Positions 27,730-38,532 of a stretch of DNA of 64,000 bases are shown here, in pieces. Positions within the stretch are counted from its first letter, which is position 1. Every line of letters starts with the position of its first letter. Position numbers and translations under genes: made by a program. The notes under the pieces were generated by a model that saw only the letters and a list, made by a program, of their open reading frames with translations, made no database searches and was not told the origin of the DNA. This stretch comes from Terriglobia bacterium. GTDB lineage: Bacteria; Acidobacteriota; Terriglobia; JAJPHL01; JAPKYU01. The stretch is from contig CBDCVK010000010.1 of assembly GCA_965223005.1 (NCBI GenBank), forward strand, positions 1,152,001 through 1,216,000, in the 5' to 3' direction.

Positions 27730-29223
27730 TCAGCTGCGGAGGACCACCTGAAGAGATTGGCGCCAGGTGTGGTTGAGGCCGATGCGCCGCGCCGGAATTT
27801 CCGGCGACAGGTAGCGCAGCAGCAAGTCGGTCAGGGAGTGAAATTCAAACACCGGCGCCACCAACCACAGCAGGGGTGGCTCGGCGCGCAATTCGACGCC
27901 AGAGAAATAGCCCAGGCTGCGAAACTCGCCGCGTTCCTGGTGCCACTTGACACGCATCCAATAGTCGAGAGCCTGAAGGGGCAGGTTGGGGTCGGCGGAG
28001 GCTTTCAGCTCAATCACCACCAAGCGGCCCGTCCGGGTGAGGGCCAGCAGGTCAATGATGCCACGCTGCCGCCCCGCCACCGCCGGCACCTGGGAGTAGA
28101 CGAAGCGCGGGTCGAGGTCGCTCGAAAGCACGCCGATGTCGCGGACTAGCAGCGATTCCAACCACCGCTCCGCCTGCGTCGTGTAAAAAGGATGGCGGCG
28201 GTTGGTGGAATCGGCCGCGCGGATCCGCCCGATGTCCTGGGCCAAGCGCTCGGCCTGGGACAGCGATTCCGAAACAAGTGGCTGCCAGTGACTACCGCGG
28301 CCGAACGTCGCGCCATCGGGTCCGGCGCGGGCAAATTCCAAGCCGTTGATACGGCAGGTGAGGCCGGCGCCGGGCCGCACCGCCATCTCCACTCCCGATC
28401 TTCCGCCCAGGCGCCGCAAGAGTCCCAGCGCTTCCGCGGGTGCCGTTGCCGCTGGGCAGGGCATGGGCAGTTCGGTACGCAGATTGGCGTACTCACCCTC
28501 TTCGGCGCGACGGACGGTATCTTCGGGCGAGAAAGCGAACAGCTCGAATCCAGCTAATTCCTGGTTGAGATAGCGCCAGCGGAGCGCGGTCCTCTCGACA
28601 AAGCGCTCTGGCAGGAAAAGCTTTAATCCGGCCACCAAGCGCTTTGACCGCGCCGCGCTGTGCCGCAGAGAGTCCAGCCAGGCCAGCCCTTGGGTGAGCG
28701 CGGTGGCAGCCGCGGCTTCGCCCTCCTCCTCCGCGCAGCCGACCACCGCCCAGTCGCTCTTGCCGCGCGAGAGGACGGCTCGTGCCGTCTGCGAAGAAAG
28801 GGAGCGCTCCAGGTCTCGCTCCGCGGTCAGTTGTTTCAGCTTCCAGCCGGGGAAGGTGTGCGCCAGCAGCTTGCGCAAGCGCGCGGCGAAGCGGCTGCGC
28901 ACCGCCTCCCGCTCGAGTTCCGGCGCACCCTTGGCGGAGGCCACCAGTCGCACCAGTCCCTGCCCGGCGCCGAAGCGCTGGTAGGCCAGCACCAGTTCCC
29001 CAGGTTTTTGACGACGTACCTCGAGGATGCGGCGAACGATGCTGCGCGATTCATCCCAAACCTCAAGCAACACTTTGCCGCGCTGAGCCTCCACACTGAA
29101 GCGGCCCGGCTCCAGCGGCATCGTCTCGCCGCCCACTTCCTTCAGCACTGGACGCTGATTCTTGCACCCGGTGACAAAGGAGAGGATGCGATCGCGGAGT
29201 TCTTCGGGGGAGACGGCGGACAT
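27730..29223 (-). CDS. Hypothetical protein with C-terminal PD-(D/E)XK nuclease-like domain
   Basis: ERWLESLL...IIDLLAL..GRLVVIELK...QALDY (NucS/RecB-like motifs). Confidence 0.6.
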   Translation of the reverse strand: MSAVSPEELRDRILSFVTGCKNQRPVLKEVGGETMPLEPGRFSVEAQRGKVLLEVWDESRSIVRRILEVRRQKPGELVLAYQRFGAGQGLVRLVASAKGAPELEREAVRSRFAARLRKLLAHTFPGWKLKQLTAERDLERSLSSQTARAVLSRGKSDWAVVGCAEEEGEAAAATALTQGLAWLDSLRHSAARSKRLVAGLKLFLPERFVERTALRWRYLNQELAGFELFAFSPEDTVRRAEEGEYANLRTELPMPCPAATAPAEALGLLRRLGGRSGVEMAVRPGAGLTCRINGLEFARAGPDGATFGRGSHWQPLVSESLSQAERLAQDIGRIRAADSTNRRHPFYTTQAERWLESLLVRDIGVLSSDLDPRFVYSQVPAVAGRQRGIIDLLALTRTGRLVVIELKASADPNLPLQALDYWMRVKWHQERGEFRSLGYFSGVELRAEPPLLWLVAPVFEFHSLTDLLLRYLSPEIPARRIGLNHTWRQSLQVVLRS

Positions 29224-29270
29224 GAGTTTGAGGCTGAGAGGAGAATTATGAGTTCATGACGGATGACTCT

Positions 29271-29951
29271 TCACTCTTCAACCAGCACGCCCTTGTCCAG
29301 GTGGCGTACGGTGCGGGCGTAGCGTGTGGCGCGAACATCGTGCGTAACCAGCACAATGGTTTTGCCGAAATCTCGATTCAGTCGTCCGAAAATTTCCAGC
29401 ACTTCCGAGGCGGACTGTGCGTCCAGGTCGCCGGTAGGCTCGTCGGCCAGCAGCAGGGTGGGGTCAGTGACGAAGGCACGTGCGATGGCCACTCGCTGCT
29501 CCTGTCCGCCGGAAAGCTGCCGCGGATAGTGCTCGGCGCGGTCGGAGAGGCCAACCAGCTTCAGTGCGGTCAGCACGTGCTGGCGGCGCTCGGCCCGCGA
29601 CAGTCGGGTCAGCAACAGCGGCAGCTCCACGTTTTCAAACGCCGTTAGCACCGGGATCAGGTTGAAGGTTTGGAACACGAATCCGATATGGTGGTTGCGC
29701 CAGCTCGCCAGCTCGCTCTCGGACATGCGGGTAGGCTCGGCATTCAGGACTGTCAGACCGCCGGAACTGGGTTGGTCGATGCCGGCGATCAGATTCAACA
29801 GCGTGGATTTTCCCGAACCGGACGGCCCCATCAGCACCAGGAAATCCCCCTGGGCCACGTCCAAGGTAATCCCGTCCAGCGCGCGCACCTCGATGGAATC
29901 GCGCCGGAATATTTTTTTCAACTGGTGCACTTCGATGAGCTTAGATGCCAT
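29271..29951 (-). CDS. ABC transporter ATP-binding protein (LolD/MacB type)
   Basis: [34 protein letters not shown]. Confidence 0.93.
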   Translation of the reverse strand: MASKLIEVHQLKKIFRRDSIEVRALDGITLDVAQGDFLVLMGPSGSGKSTLLNLIAGIDQPSSGGLTVLNAEPTRMSESELASWRNHHIGFVFQTFNLIPVLTAFENVELPLLLTRLSRAERRQHVLTALKLVGLSDRAEHYPRQLSGGQEQRVAIARAFVTDPTLLLADEPTGDLDAQSASEVLEIFGRLNRDFGKTIVLVTHDVRATRYARTVRHLDKGVLVEE

Positions 29952-30012
29952 GTGGATTAGATTTCCGAGCGCAGCTCCGGGATTGCAAGTTCTTGGCTTG
30001 GCTTGCCTGCGC

Positions 30013-31350
30013 CTACTGCCTACTGGGCGTCCGGACGCGCTGGCCGTCCTTTAAAGCTTCGGGATTGCTCACCACGACAACTTCGTCTCCGTTCAGCCCG
30101 GAGAGAATGCGGATGGAACCGCCGGTCTGGGAGCCCAAGCGGACCGTCTTGCGCGCCGTGCGTGAATTTTCCACTGCCAGCACCGTAGGCTGGCCTTCGG
30201 CCTGAAATACTGCGGCGCGCGGCACCATCAATTCCCTTTCGCGGACCTGGCCGCCCTCGGGATCTTCAAAGAACACTTTGGCGTTCATTTCCGGGCGCAG
30301 GTACTCGTCCGGACCCTCAACCTGCACCTTCACCTGCACGGTGGCCTTCTGCCGGTCCGCTTCCGGGGCGATCTCAGCGACCACGCCGCTGTAGCGCCGG
30401 TCGGGGAACGCATCGGGCACGACCCGACAGGACTGGCCCAGCGAGACGCGGGCGAACTCGCTCTGACTAATGTCTAACTCCACTTGCAGGTCGTTCAAGT
30501 CGGCCAGCGTCACCACTGACGATTTGGCGCCGCGCTCGCCCACGAACATGGTGGTCACCATTTCCCCCTGCTCCACAAGGCGCTCCAGAACAGTGCCGCT
30601 GACAGGGGACCGGATCCGGGTGGCCTCCAGTTGCGCTTCGGCGAACTGCAGGGTGCCGCGGGCCTGCTGCACCTGAGCGCGCGCCTGGTCAATTTCTTCC
30701 TGGCGGGGTCCCAGGCGGACCAGCTCGTACTGCTTTTCGGCCGCTTCTACCTGGGCCTTCACCATGTCGGATTGGGCGCGCGCGTTGTCCAGAGCTTCGC
30801 GGGAAACCACGCCCTCTTGCGACAGGCTCTCGGCACGTTCTAGGTTGAGTTTGGCGTTCCGCAGGTTTGCCTGCGCTTCTTCGAGCTGGGCCCGGGCACG
30901 TTCGATTTCCTGTGGCCGCGACCCAGCCTCCATCTGGCGCATGCGCGCCTCCGCAGCTTGCAGCGTCCCGCGTGCCTCTCCTACCTGAGCCCGGTACTCC
31001 CGGTCGTCGAGCCGCACCACCATCTGATTCTTCTGCACGGGGTCGCCCTTCTCCACTCCAATCCAGGTGACCCGTCCCATCACCTTGGTGCCGAGCTGGA
31101 TCTTGTGATGGGGCACGACGTAGCCGCCAGCCACCAGCACGGCCACGGGTTGGCTCATTTCCATCCCGGTCACGCGGGCCACCTGCACCAGCGGGGGGCG
31201 GGCGCCGAACCAGACTGCCAACGCCAACAGCCCCACGGCACCGACTGTGAGCGGAACAAGTACGCTGCGGGACAGACGTGGGCCTGGGGACGGCTTCGAC
31301 TCCCGGTCAATCCGTAGCGTCTCCAGTTCCTGCGAGAGGCGATCCTTCAT
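30013..31350 (-). CDS. Efflux periplasmic adaptor (MacA/HlyD family)
   Basis: N-terminal TM, lipoyl-like VEKGDPV and IRSPVSGTV halves around a long coiled coil. Confidence 0.88.
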   Translation of the reverse strand: MKDRLSQELETLRIDRESKPSPGPRLSRSVLVPLTVGAVGLLALAVWFGARPPLVQVARVTGMEMSQPVAVLVAGGYVVPHHKIQLGTKVMGRVTWIGVEKGDPVQKNQMVVRLDDREYRAQVGEARGTLQAAEARMRQMEAGSRPQEIERARAQLEEAQANLRNAKLNLERAESLSQEGVVSREALDNARAQSDMVKAQVEAAEKQYELVRLGPRQEEIDQARAQVQQARGTLQFAEAQLEATRIRSPVSGTVLERLVEQGEMVTTMFVGERGAKSSVVTLADLNDLQVELDISQSEFARVSLGQSCRVVPDAFPDRRYSGVVAEIAPEADRQKATVQVKVQVEGPDEYLRPEMNAKVFFEDPEGGQVRERELMVPRAAVFQAEGQPTVLAVENSRTARKTVRLGSQTGGSIRILSGLNGDEVVVVSNPEALKDGQRVRTPSRQ

Positions 31351-31468
31351 TGGTACCCATCTCCCCTCGCTAGTTCATCAAGTTGTTGAAGAACATCTGG
31401 CATGGCCACTCGCTCACGGTCGCGGCTCGGTAGTGTCTGCCTTTCTGTCTTCCCTACCAGGCACGTTC

Positions 31469-32626
31469 TTACTCGCGCAGTCCCAGCACTGGCGGTTTCT
31501 GCGCCGCCAGTCGCGCTGGTAGCAGGCCGCCTACGACGCCCACCACCGCCGCAAACATCAGGCCCTGCCCCATCAATGGCGGCGTAATGCGAAATTGAAA
31601 CGCCAGTTCGGCGAAGGTGGAAAAATTCACGGTGCCGGTGGACAGGCCGTGAACGGGAAGTGCCAGCAGACAGCCCAGCACGCCCCCGGCCGTGGCCAGC
31701 AGCACCGATTCGACCAAGAGTGCCAGCATCACCAAGGCCCGCGAGAACCCCAGCACTCGAAGCGTGGCGACTTCCCGCGCCCGGTAGGCCACCGTGGCGT
31801 ACATCGCGTTCATAGCCGCAAAGCACGATCCGACGGCCATCACCAGGGCGATGAAGGTGCCCAGCACCTTGATCGGCGTCGAGGAACGTGTCTGATCGCG
31901 GTAGTAGGCCGGCTCGGGACGTGCCTGGAGGTGGAGCTGGCGGTCCTCGCTGATGCGACGGGAAAGTTCACCCACCGCAGCGGCGTTCTCGGCCCGCAGC
32001 AGAACCGAGGAGTACATCCCGCTCCGGTTGAAGTCGTCGGCGACAGCGCTGACGTCGGTCCACAGCTCCGAGTCGTAAGCGCTCCCGCCGGCTTCGATGA
32101 GGCCGACCACACGCCATTCACTGGGCCCAAGCCGGATTGTGGAACCCAGCCCCAGCCCGAATCGGCGCGCCATTCGGCGGCTGCACACCAATTCCCGCAG
32201 GCCGCTTCGATAGTTGCGGCCTTCCACCAGACGCACCTGCTCGCGCAGCAGGAATCCGGCCGGGGTGGTCCCGCGCAGGATGACGTGGGTTTCGTCGCCC
32301 CCGGCCCGCGGGATGAAAATCAACACCAGCACTTCAGGTGAGACCAGCGGTTCACCCGAGCCGTCTTTCTGTATTCCTGGGAGGTACTTTAGAGTTTGCA
32401 GGGTGGGCACGGGCAGGCTGCTGTTGGTTTCCACTTGCGAACCCTGCCGGATCACCACCAGGTTCAGTGGGTGCCCGGTTTCGGCAAAGACGCTTTCCAG
32501 GCCCTGCACCAGGGCCATCACGGAGATAAAGATAGCCACGGTGGCGGCGACGCTGATGATGGCCATGGCAGTGCCGGTGCGCCGCACTAGCAGGCTGCGA
32601 AGGCTGTACTTCAGTGGAATGGCCAT
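31469..32626 (-). CDS. MacB/FtsX-type ABC permease
   Basis: TM1, periplasmic domain, REVATLRVLGF FtsX motif. Confidence 0.88.
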   Translation of the reverse strand: MAIPLKYSLRSLLVRRTGTAMAIISVAATVAIFISVMALVQGLESVFAETGHPLNLVVIRQGSQVETNSSLPVPTLQTLKYLPGIQKDGSGEPLVSPEVLVLIFIPRAGGDETHVILRGTTPAGFLLREQVRLVEGRNYRSGLRELVCSRRMARRFGLGLGSTIRLGPSEWRVVGLIEAGGSAYDSELWTDVSAVADDFNRSGMYSSVLLRAENAAAVGELSRRISEDRQLHLQARPEPAYYRDQTRSSTPIKVLGTFIALVMAVGSCFAAMNAMYATVAYRAREVATLRVLGFSRALVMLALLVESVLLATAGGVLGCLLALPVHGLSTGTVNFSTFAELAFQFRITPPLMGQGLMFAAVVGVVGGLLPARLAAQKPPVLGLRE

Positions 32627-32631
32627 ATGGC

Positions 32632-33780
32632 TCAGCCCACGTGCCGGAGGGCCTGCGCAATAGGTAGTCCGGCAGCGCGCAGGGCGGGCACGGCCGCCGC
32701 CACCAGCCCGATGGCCAACGCCAGGCTCATGCCCAGCACCATTGCCTCTGGCTGGACCCGGAGCTGGATCAGAAAACCGCCGGTGGCGCTCTGCATGTCC
32801 AGGGTGGAATACAGCAGCTTGGCGCCTCCGCAACCCAGCAGTCCGCTCAGGAAACCAATCAGCAGCGCCTCGCTGAGCAGCAGCCCCAGGATCAGGTTGC
32901 GGGTGTACCCCAAGGTTTTCATCACCGCCACTTCCGACGTGCGCTCGCGAATAGACATGGCCATGGTTGCGGCCGTGACCAGCAGAATGGTGAAGACCAC
33001 CACCGCCGAAATGCTGCCGATGAACAACTTCACGTTGCCCAGCATGTTGCTGAAGCTAAGCTGGAACGCCTTTTCGGTTTCGGTCTTAGTGGGAGCGGTG
33101 CTGTTGCGGAACATGTCGTCGACGGCCCGCGCGACTAAGGGAACTGCTTCGGCCGACTCGGCCAGGATGCAAAAGGACCCGGCCACGCCCCGGCCGTCCA
33201 TCATCTCGTCGAAATAGTCGTAGTGAAACAGCAGCGTGGCTTCGTCGGGCGGGTTGGGGGAGGTGAAGCTACCCACCAGTTTCAGTTCCGCGTCAACGGG
33301 ATAAATGGTGCCCCTCAATGTGATGCGATCGCCAATTTTCCAGCCAAACCGTTCGAACAGGCGGATGCCCGCCACTGCCGCCGTACGTTCTTTGATGAAG
33401 TTTTCCCGTTGCTGCGGGTCGATTTCCATCTCCGAATAAATCTTGAATTCCTTTTCGGCGTCCACGGCGAATTGGGCAAAGAAGTTCCTCTCGTCAATGT
33501 AAATGCCCCCGAACCAGTTGGCGACCATGATGTCCTTAACGCCAGGCACTTGAGCGATTTGCTCGCGGTAGGCCAGCGGCAGCGTGTTGGCGATGGAAAC
33601 CGAGTGGCGCGTCCACAGGCGCAGATCGCTTTCCGGCGTGGTGGTGGTGGCTTGAAGCTCGTACAGCACGGTGTGCAGGGTGACCAGCAGGAATAGGGAT
33701 GCCCCCAGGCTGAGCACCGTCAGAAGGGTGCGGCGTTTGTTCCGCACCGCACTTTTCAGCACCAGCGCTGCAAACTTCAT
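32632..33780 (-). CDS. MacB/FtsX-type ABC permease
   Basis: RNKRRTLLT, SIRERTSEVAVMKTLGY. Confidence 0.88.
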   Translation of the reverse strand: MKFAALVLKSAVRNKRRTLLTVLSLGASLFLLVTLHTVLYELQATTTTPESDLRLWTRHSVSIANTLPLAYREQIAQVPGVKDIMVANWFGGIYIDERNFFAQFAVDAEKEFKIYSEMEIDPQQRENFIKERTAAVAGIRLFERFGWKIGDRITLRGTIYPVDAELKLVGSFTSPNPPDEATLLFHYDYFDEMMDGRGVAGSFCILAESAEAVPLVARAVDDMFRNSTAPTKTETEKAFQLSFSNMLGNVKLFIGSISAVVVFTILLVTAATMAMSIRERTSEVAVMKTLGYTRNLILGLLLSEALLIGFLSGLLGCGGAKLLYSTLDMQSATGGFLIQLRVQPEAMVLGMSLALAIGLVAAAVPALRAAGLPIAQALRHVG

Positions 33781-33822
33781 GGGAGTCGAACTTGGAAGGC
33801 CGCGACCCTGGTTAAACCGTGG

Positions 33823-35169
33823 TTAAGACGCCCCGCCCAGGCGGCGCAAGATCTCCCCAACAATGGTGTCCACCAAGCCCGGGACCGCCTTCAAGTTCGG
33901 CATGGCCTTGTCCAGGGCGCCTTCTACTGCGGCTCGCACACCCGCCTCGTCTGGAACAGGCCCTGCCCCTTGCGGAGGTGCAGTGACCAGTGGCTGCGGC
34001 GGCGCAACAGGCTCTGGGGCTGGTGGTGGCGCGGCCTCTTCCGCCGGGGCTGGCGGTGTTGTGGGCTCAGGGGCAGCCAACGGAGCGGCCTCCGGGACGG
34101 AATCCGCAGGCGCTGTTGCTTCCTGGGGGGGCACTGGTGCGGGTTCCTCAACGCGCTCTAATAGGTCCGCCCAATCCACAGCGGGCGCTGGTTCTGGCGT
34201 GGCCGCTGCTACCGGCTCCGGAGGTGCCTTTTCAGCCTCCGCCGGACGTGCCTCTTCAGCTTCCGGAGGTGGAGCAGCGCCAAACACGGCGCGGTCCATG
34301 TCCGTAACGCGTTCAGGTTCGGCCACCCAGTGCTGGGCCGGCTCGGGTGCTACGGCGGCCATGGCCGCTGGCGCGGGCTGCTCTTCGAGTTCCGGCACCG
34401 TCAGCTCGGGGATGACAACATCCTCCGTGGCTACCTGGCTTTCTGCCGCTTCCGCATATTCGCCCACCGGCGCGGCCAGCGGCTCTTCGGCCTGAGCGAT
34501 TTCCTGAGCCACTGCGGGCTCGGCGCCGTGGGCCGCAGCAGCCTGCAATTCCACCTCTGCCGCGGAAACAGCAGGTGCTGGCGCTTCCACTGCGGCTGAG
34601 GCAGGGGCGGCCGGAGCAGTCTCTGCAGATGGAGATTCCTCAAACAAGTCAAATGCAGCCTGCTGCTGCAAGTCTGCCGGCACTTCCACACGCGCCGTGG
34701 AGGTCGTGGGGATTTCTTCCAGCAGCTGACTTTCCTCAGCCTTCTGTGCCTGGAGCTCTTCTGGGGATGGGGGAGGTGGGGGAGGCGCCGGCTTCCGCTC
34801 CTGCGACAGTTGCAGCATCTCGCGCACCGTCGTCACCACGTCACTAGCTTCGAAAGGTTTTTTCAGGACCGCATCCGCCTGCACCTTTCTGCCTTGTTCC
34901 TGGTTGTAGGGCTCCAGTTGGCCCACGACCAGCACCACCGGAATGTGGGCAAGTTTCGGGGAGCTTCTGACGAAGCTGCAGACTTCGTAGCCGGTGCGGC
35001 CGGGCATGAACACGTCCGCCAGAACCACGTCAAATCCGCCTTCGGGAAGCTTCTTCACGGCTGCTTCGCCATTACTGACCGTCACTACTTGGATGTCCTC
35101 GCCGGCAAGGATCTTGGTGGCCATGCGCTGGGCGTGCGTACTATCGTCTGCTAACAAAACCTTAGGCAC
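33823..35169 (-). CDS. Response regulator receiver domain with long acidic Pro/Ala-rich tail
   Basis: VLLADDS, LADVFMPGRTGYEVC, LKKPF; no DNA-binding output domain visible. Confidence 0.82.
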   Translation of the reverse strand: MPKVLLADDSTHAQRMATKILAGEDIQVVTVSNGEAAVKKLPEGGFDVVLADVFMPGRTGYEVCSFVRSSPKLAHIPVVLVVGQLEPYNQEQGRKVQADAVLKKPFEASDVVTTVREMLQLSQERKPAPPPPPPSPEELQAQKAEESQLLEEIPTTSTARVEVPADLQQQAAFDLFEESPSAETAPAAPASAAVEAPAPAVSAAEVELQAAAAHGAEPAVAQEIAQAEEPLAAPVGEYAEAAESQVATEDVVIPELTVPELEEQPAPAAMAAVAPEPAQHWVAEPERVTDMDRAVFGAAPPPEAEEARPAEAEKAPPEPVAAATPEPAPAVDWADLLERVEEPAPVPPQEATAPADSVPEAAPLAAPEPTTPPAPAEEAAPPPAPEPVAPPQPLVTAPPQGAGPVPDEAGVRAAVEGALDKAMPNLKAVPGLVDTIVGEILRRLGGAS

Positions 35170-35408
35170 AGAACTTCTCCCTACCTTTGCAGGTGACCTT
35201 TAGGAATTCTAACCACGAGGGTAGCGGCCTGACAAGCGCGAAACGGTTTCCGCCGGAAGATAGGGAAACGGCTTCGATGGTTCCATTTAGGCATGGAAAG
35301 CGTGCAGCTGCCGTGGCTGTCGACTCTTGCGTTCCCGTGCGGGTAAGAGTTGGCTTTATTTTTCCTGCTCTTACTTTCCCGAGTGTGCGAGCTGCCCTCA
35401 GGCGGAGG

Positions 35409-36533
35409 CTACGGTGTCGAGGACTCCGGCGCGTTGCCTGAGGTTGGCGGCGGAGTCGGGTCCGAAGTGGTAACCGGTTCGGACGCCGGCCGGACCGCTT
35501 CCAGACGGATACCTGAGGTACCTGTACGGCCGGGTTCGGCGGCCGTGATGCTGACTGATTCGGTTTCTGGCTTCTTGGGAAACAGCACCGGTTTACCCGC
35601 CTTGCTGGCCATGCTGACGTCGGGCCGCGTGCGGAACACGCCCATCGTCTTCCCCATGATTCCCTTCGTCTCGCGATGTTCCAGATCGTATTTCATCCGC
35701 GCATAGGCTTCCGGGTTGGGGTCTGGGATGGGCAGCTCCCAGTCCACCAGCTTGTCCTTAGCGTCGCTTACCAGGTCACTGAGGGGGTAGTCGGAGATGA
35801 TCTTGGAGTAAGCCGCGGCCGCCTGAGGCCGATAGTTCTCCCCCCCCATCTCCCAAGATTCGCCCATCATCCACAACGCCCGGTCGCCCCGGCTGTAGTT
35901 GGGGTAATTGTCGGTGAGTTCCTTCAGCCGGGAGATGGTCGCGCGGGGATTCCCCTTGATGAAGTAGTGGCGACTCACGCGAAAATCGCTCTCAGCAATT
36001 ACCTCCTGGACTTCGCGCAGGCGCTGCTCGGCTTCCTCGCGGAAGGGGCTGTTTGGGAACTGCAGCAGCACTTGACGGAACTCCTCCTCGGCGCGGAGCG
36101 AGTGAGTCCGATCGCGGTCCGGCTTTTCCATCTGCTGGTAATGGATCATGGCCACTTTCAACTGGGCCTCGGAGGCTTCCGGCATCGTGGGGAAGAAGGT
36201 GATGAAATCCTTGTACTCCGCCTCCGCTTGAGCCAGACCGCTGGTGCCTCCGTGGCGGTACCAGGAGTCGGCGATAGCAAGCTTGGCCTTGGCCAAATAT
36301 TCGCTGTCGGGATAGGTGTTCAAGAGGGTTTGTAACGTGAGCCGGGCTATCTCGTAGCGACCCCTTTCAAGGTCGCGCACCGACTGGTCAAACAGCGTCT
36401 TGTCCGGCTGCTGCGAATCGCCGACGATCGGCGTCTCGTATTTGTCACGGCGCAAGCTACAGCCGGTCCACAGAGCCGCCGAGAGCAACAGCACCAGTGC
36501 GCGAGCTACCATCGGAGCAGGTTTATTCATCAC
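35409..36533 (-). CDS. bamD: Outer-membrane protein assembly factor BamD (lipoprotein)
   Basis: Lipobox WTGC; TPRs with TYPDSEY, PDRD..., QFPNS. Confidence 0.88.
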   Translation of the reverse strand: MMNKPAPMVARALVLLLSAALWTGCSLRRDKYETPIVGDSQQPDKTLFDQSVRDLERGRYEIARLTLQTLLNTYPDSEYLAKAKLAIADSWYRHGGTSGLAQAEAEYKDFITFFPTMPEASEAQLKVAMIHYQQMEKPDRDRTHSLRAEEEFRQVLLQFPNSPFREEAEQRLREVQEVIAESDFRVSRHYFIKGNPRATISRLKELTDNYPNYSRGDRALWMMGESWEMGGENYRPQAAAAYSKIISDYPLSDLVSDAKDKLVDWELPIPDPNPEAYARMKYDLEHRETKGIMGKTMGVFRTRPDVSMASKAGKPVLFPKKPETESVSITAAEPGRTGTSGIRLEAVRPASEPVTTSDPTPPPTSGNAPESSTP

Positions 36534-36549
36534 ATCACCCTTGGCGTGT

Positions 36550-37254
36550 TCAAATTTTCGACAGCATGGCCGTCTCGGCCCGTTTCAAGAGCAACTCGAC
36601 CGCAGCCGCCGGATCGGCGCTGTGAAACACACTGGAGCCGGCCACAATAATGTCAGCTCCCGCCTGCACCGCCTCCAGGACGTTGTCGGAGCTGATACCT
36701 CCGTCAATCTCGATGAGAAATTCTAGACCGCGCTCTTCCCGCATCCGGGCCAGTCGGCCAATCTTGTCCAGAGAGCGGGGGATAAACTGCTGGCCGCCAA
36801 ATCCTGGGTTGACGCTCATTACCAGGACGTAGTCTACGCACTCCAGCACCTCGCCAAGCGTCTCCACCGGCGTGGCCGGATTGATCACCGCCCCGGCCGC
36901 TGCCCCACAATTGCGGATGTAGCTGAGAGTGCGGTCTAGATGGAGGCAGGCTTCCTGGTGCACGGAGATCATTTCCGCTCCCGCCTCGCAGAAGGCGGAA
37001 ACGTAGCGGTCCGGGTCGGAGATCATCAGATGACAATCCAGAGGCAACACAGTGACCTTGCGCACCGCGGCCACCACCGGCGGGCCGATGGTGATATTCG
37101 GGACGAAGTGGCCGTCCATCACGTCCAGGTGCAGCAGGCTGGCTCCGCCGCGCTCCACTGCCTGGATTTGCTCGGCCAGATGGGCAAAGTCAGCCGAGAG
37201 AATGGACGGCGCAATCTGCACACGGTTAGGCACCAGGCGTTCCAGCCCCTTCAT
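36550..37254 (-). CDS. rpe: Ribulose-phosphate 3-epimerase
   Basis: IAPSILSADF, HLDVMDGHFVPN, MSVNPGFGGQ, IDGG; start uncertain. Confidence 0.95.
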   Translation of the reverse strand: MKGLERLVPNRVQIAPSILSADFAHLAEQIQAVERGGASLLHLDVMDGHFVPNITIGPPVVAAVRKVTVLPLDCHLMISDPDRYVSAFCEAGAEMISVHQEACLHLDRTLSYIRNCGAAAGAVINPATPVETLGEVLECVDYVLVMSVNPGFGGQQFIPRSLDKIGRLARMREERGLEFLIEIDGGISSDNVLEAVQAGADIIVAGSSVFHSADPAAAVELLLKRAETAMLSKI

Positions 37255-37551
37255 GCGCTTCAACAGTGTCATTCTAGCATGGCCCGCCCGCCTTGACCAA
37301 CTGGGTGACTGCCCTCGAACTCGCTCGCTGCTCGGCAGCCGATGCGCTGCGCAAACTGGGCGGGACGACAAGACCGGGTTCACCTTGAAGCTGTGGACAA
37401 TGTCGGATTCATGTCATATGTTCGCCTGTGGTCTACGCGGCGGCCAGGCGGTGAAGGCGGGGTAGTGAATTGTTGCTCCGAGCCAGGGAACAGGCCTTCC
37501 AGTCAGTGCTCGGAGGTCTGTTGAAGTTCTGCGAAATAGGGAGGAGCGGGG

Positions 37552-38427
37552 ATGGCGACCGGGGTGCATGACAACGAGCTGGCCGAGCGTCTCCAAGTGG
37601 CCCGTCAGGCAGCGAAACGCGCCGGCAGAATCACGCTGAAGCATTTTCAAACCGATTTCGAGCGGCAGACGAAGGCCGATGGTTCGGTGGTCACCATTGC
37701 CGACCGTCAGAGCGAGCAGCAGCTGCGCAGGACCATCGAAAGAGCGTTTCCCTACGACGCCGTCCTGGGCGAGGAGTTCCACGAAAAGCCGGGCCAGACG
37801 CGCTATCGCTGGATCCTGGATCCCATTGACGGCACGATCAGCTTCGTCCAGGGCGTGCCGCTGTACGGGGTGCTGGTTGCGCTGGAGGACCTGGAAGTTC
37901 GGCGAAGCGTCCTGGGAGTGATCCACCTGCCGTCGCTCGGGGAAACGGTGTATGCCCAGCGTGGCCACGGTTGCCATTGGGAACGCTGGGTTGGAGGGAA
38001 GCGGCTGGCCATCCCGGCGCGGGTGTCGCGCGTGGACAACCTGGACAACGCCGTGCTGCTGGCCTCCGACTTTTGGAACGTACCGCTCGAAGGACGGCGC
38101 CAGGAGCTGGCCCGGCTGGCGGGCAGAACTCGCCTCCAGCGAACCTGGGCCGATTGCTACGGCTACGTCCTAGTGGCCACCGGGCGCGCCGAACTGATGC
38201 TGGATAGCACGTTCAACCTTTGGGACGCTGCCCCGATGCAGCCAATTTTGGAGGAGGCGGGGGGGACGTTCACCGATTGGACCGGTAAGCCAACCATCCA
38301 CGGCGACTGTGGCCTGGCCACGAATGGTCTGCTGTTGAAAGAAGCGCTGGCCGTGATGCGCGAGGGACCGGGGTTGGGGTCTAGGGGTCCCGCCGCTGGA
38401 AGCCCCTACCGGGGGCAGCGCTTCTGA
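37552..38427 (+). CDS. hisN: Inositol monophosphatase family, probable histidinol-phosphatase
   Basis: KADGSVVTIAD, GEE, WILDPIDGT, WDAAP. Confidence 0.75.
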   Translation: MATGVHDNELAERLQVARQAAKRAGRITLKHFQTDFERQTKADGSVVTIADRQSEQQLRRTIERAFPYDAVLGEEFHEKPGQTRYRWILDPIDGTISFVQGVPLYGVLVALEDLEVRRSVLGVIHLPSLGETVYAQRGHGCHWERWVGGKRLAIPARVSRVDNLDNAVLLASDFWNVPLEGRRQELARLAGRTRLQRTWADCYGYVLVATGRAELMLDSTFNLWDAAPMQPILEEAGGTFTDWTGKPTIHGDCGLATNGLLLKEALAVMREGPGLGSRGPAAGSPYRGQRF

Positions 38428-38532
38428 GATGGGCAGTCTGGATCCGATACCTCACCCTGCTGGCAGCTGCCGGCGTTCCTTGACAGGGGCTGGCGCGGGC
38501 ACCGACAATAAGCCGACGGGCCGGAAGCCGCG

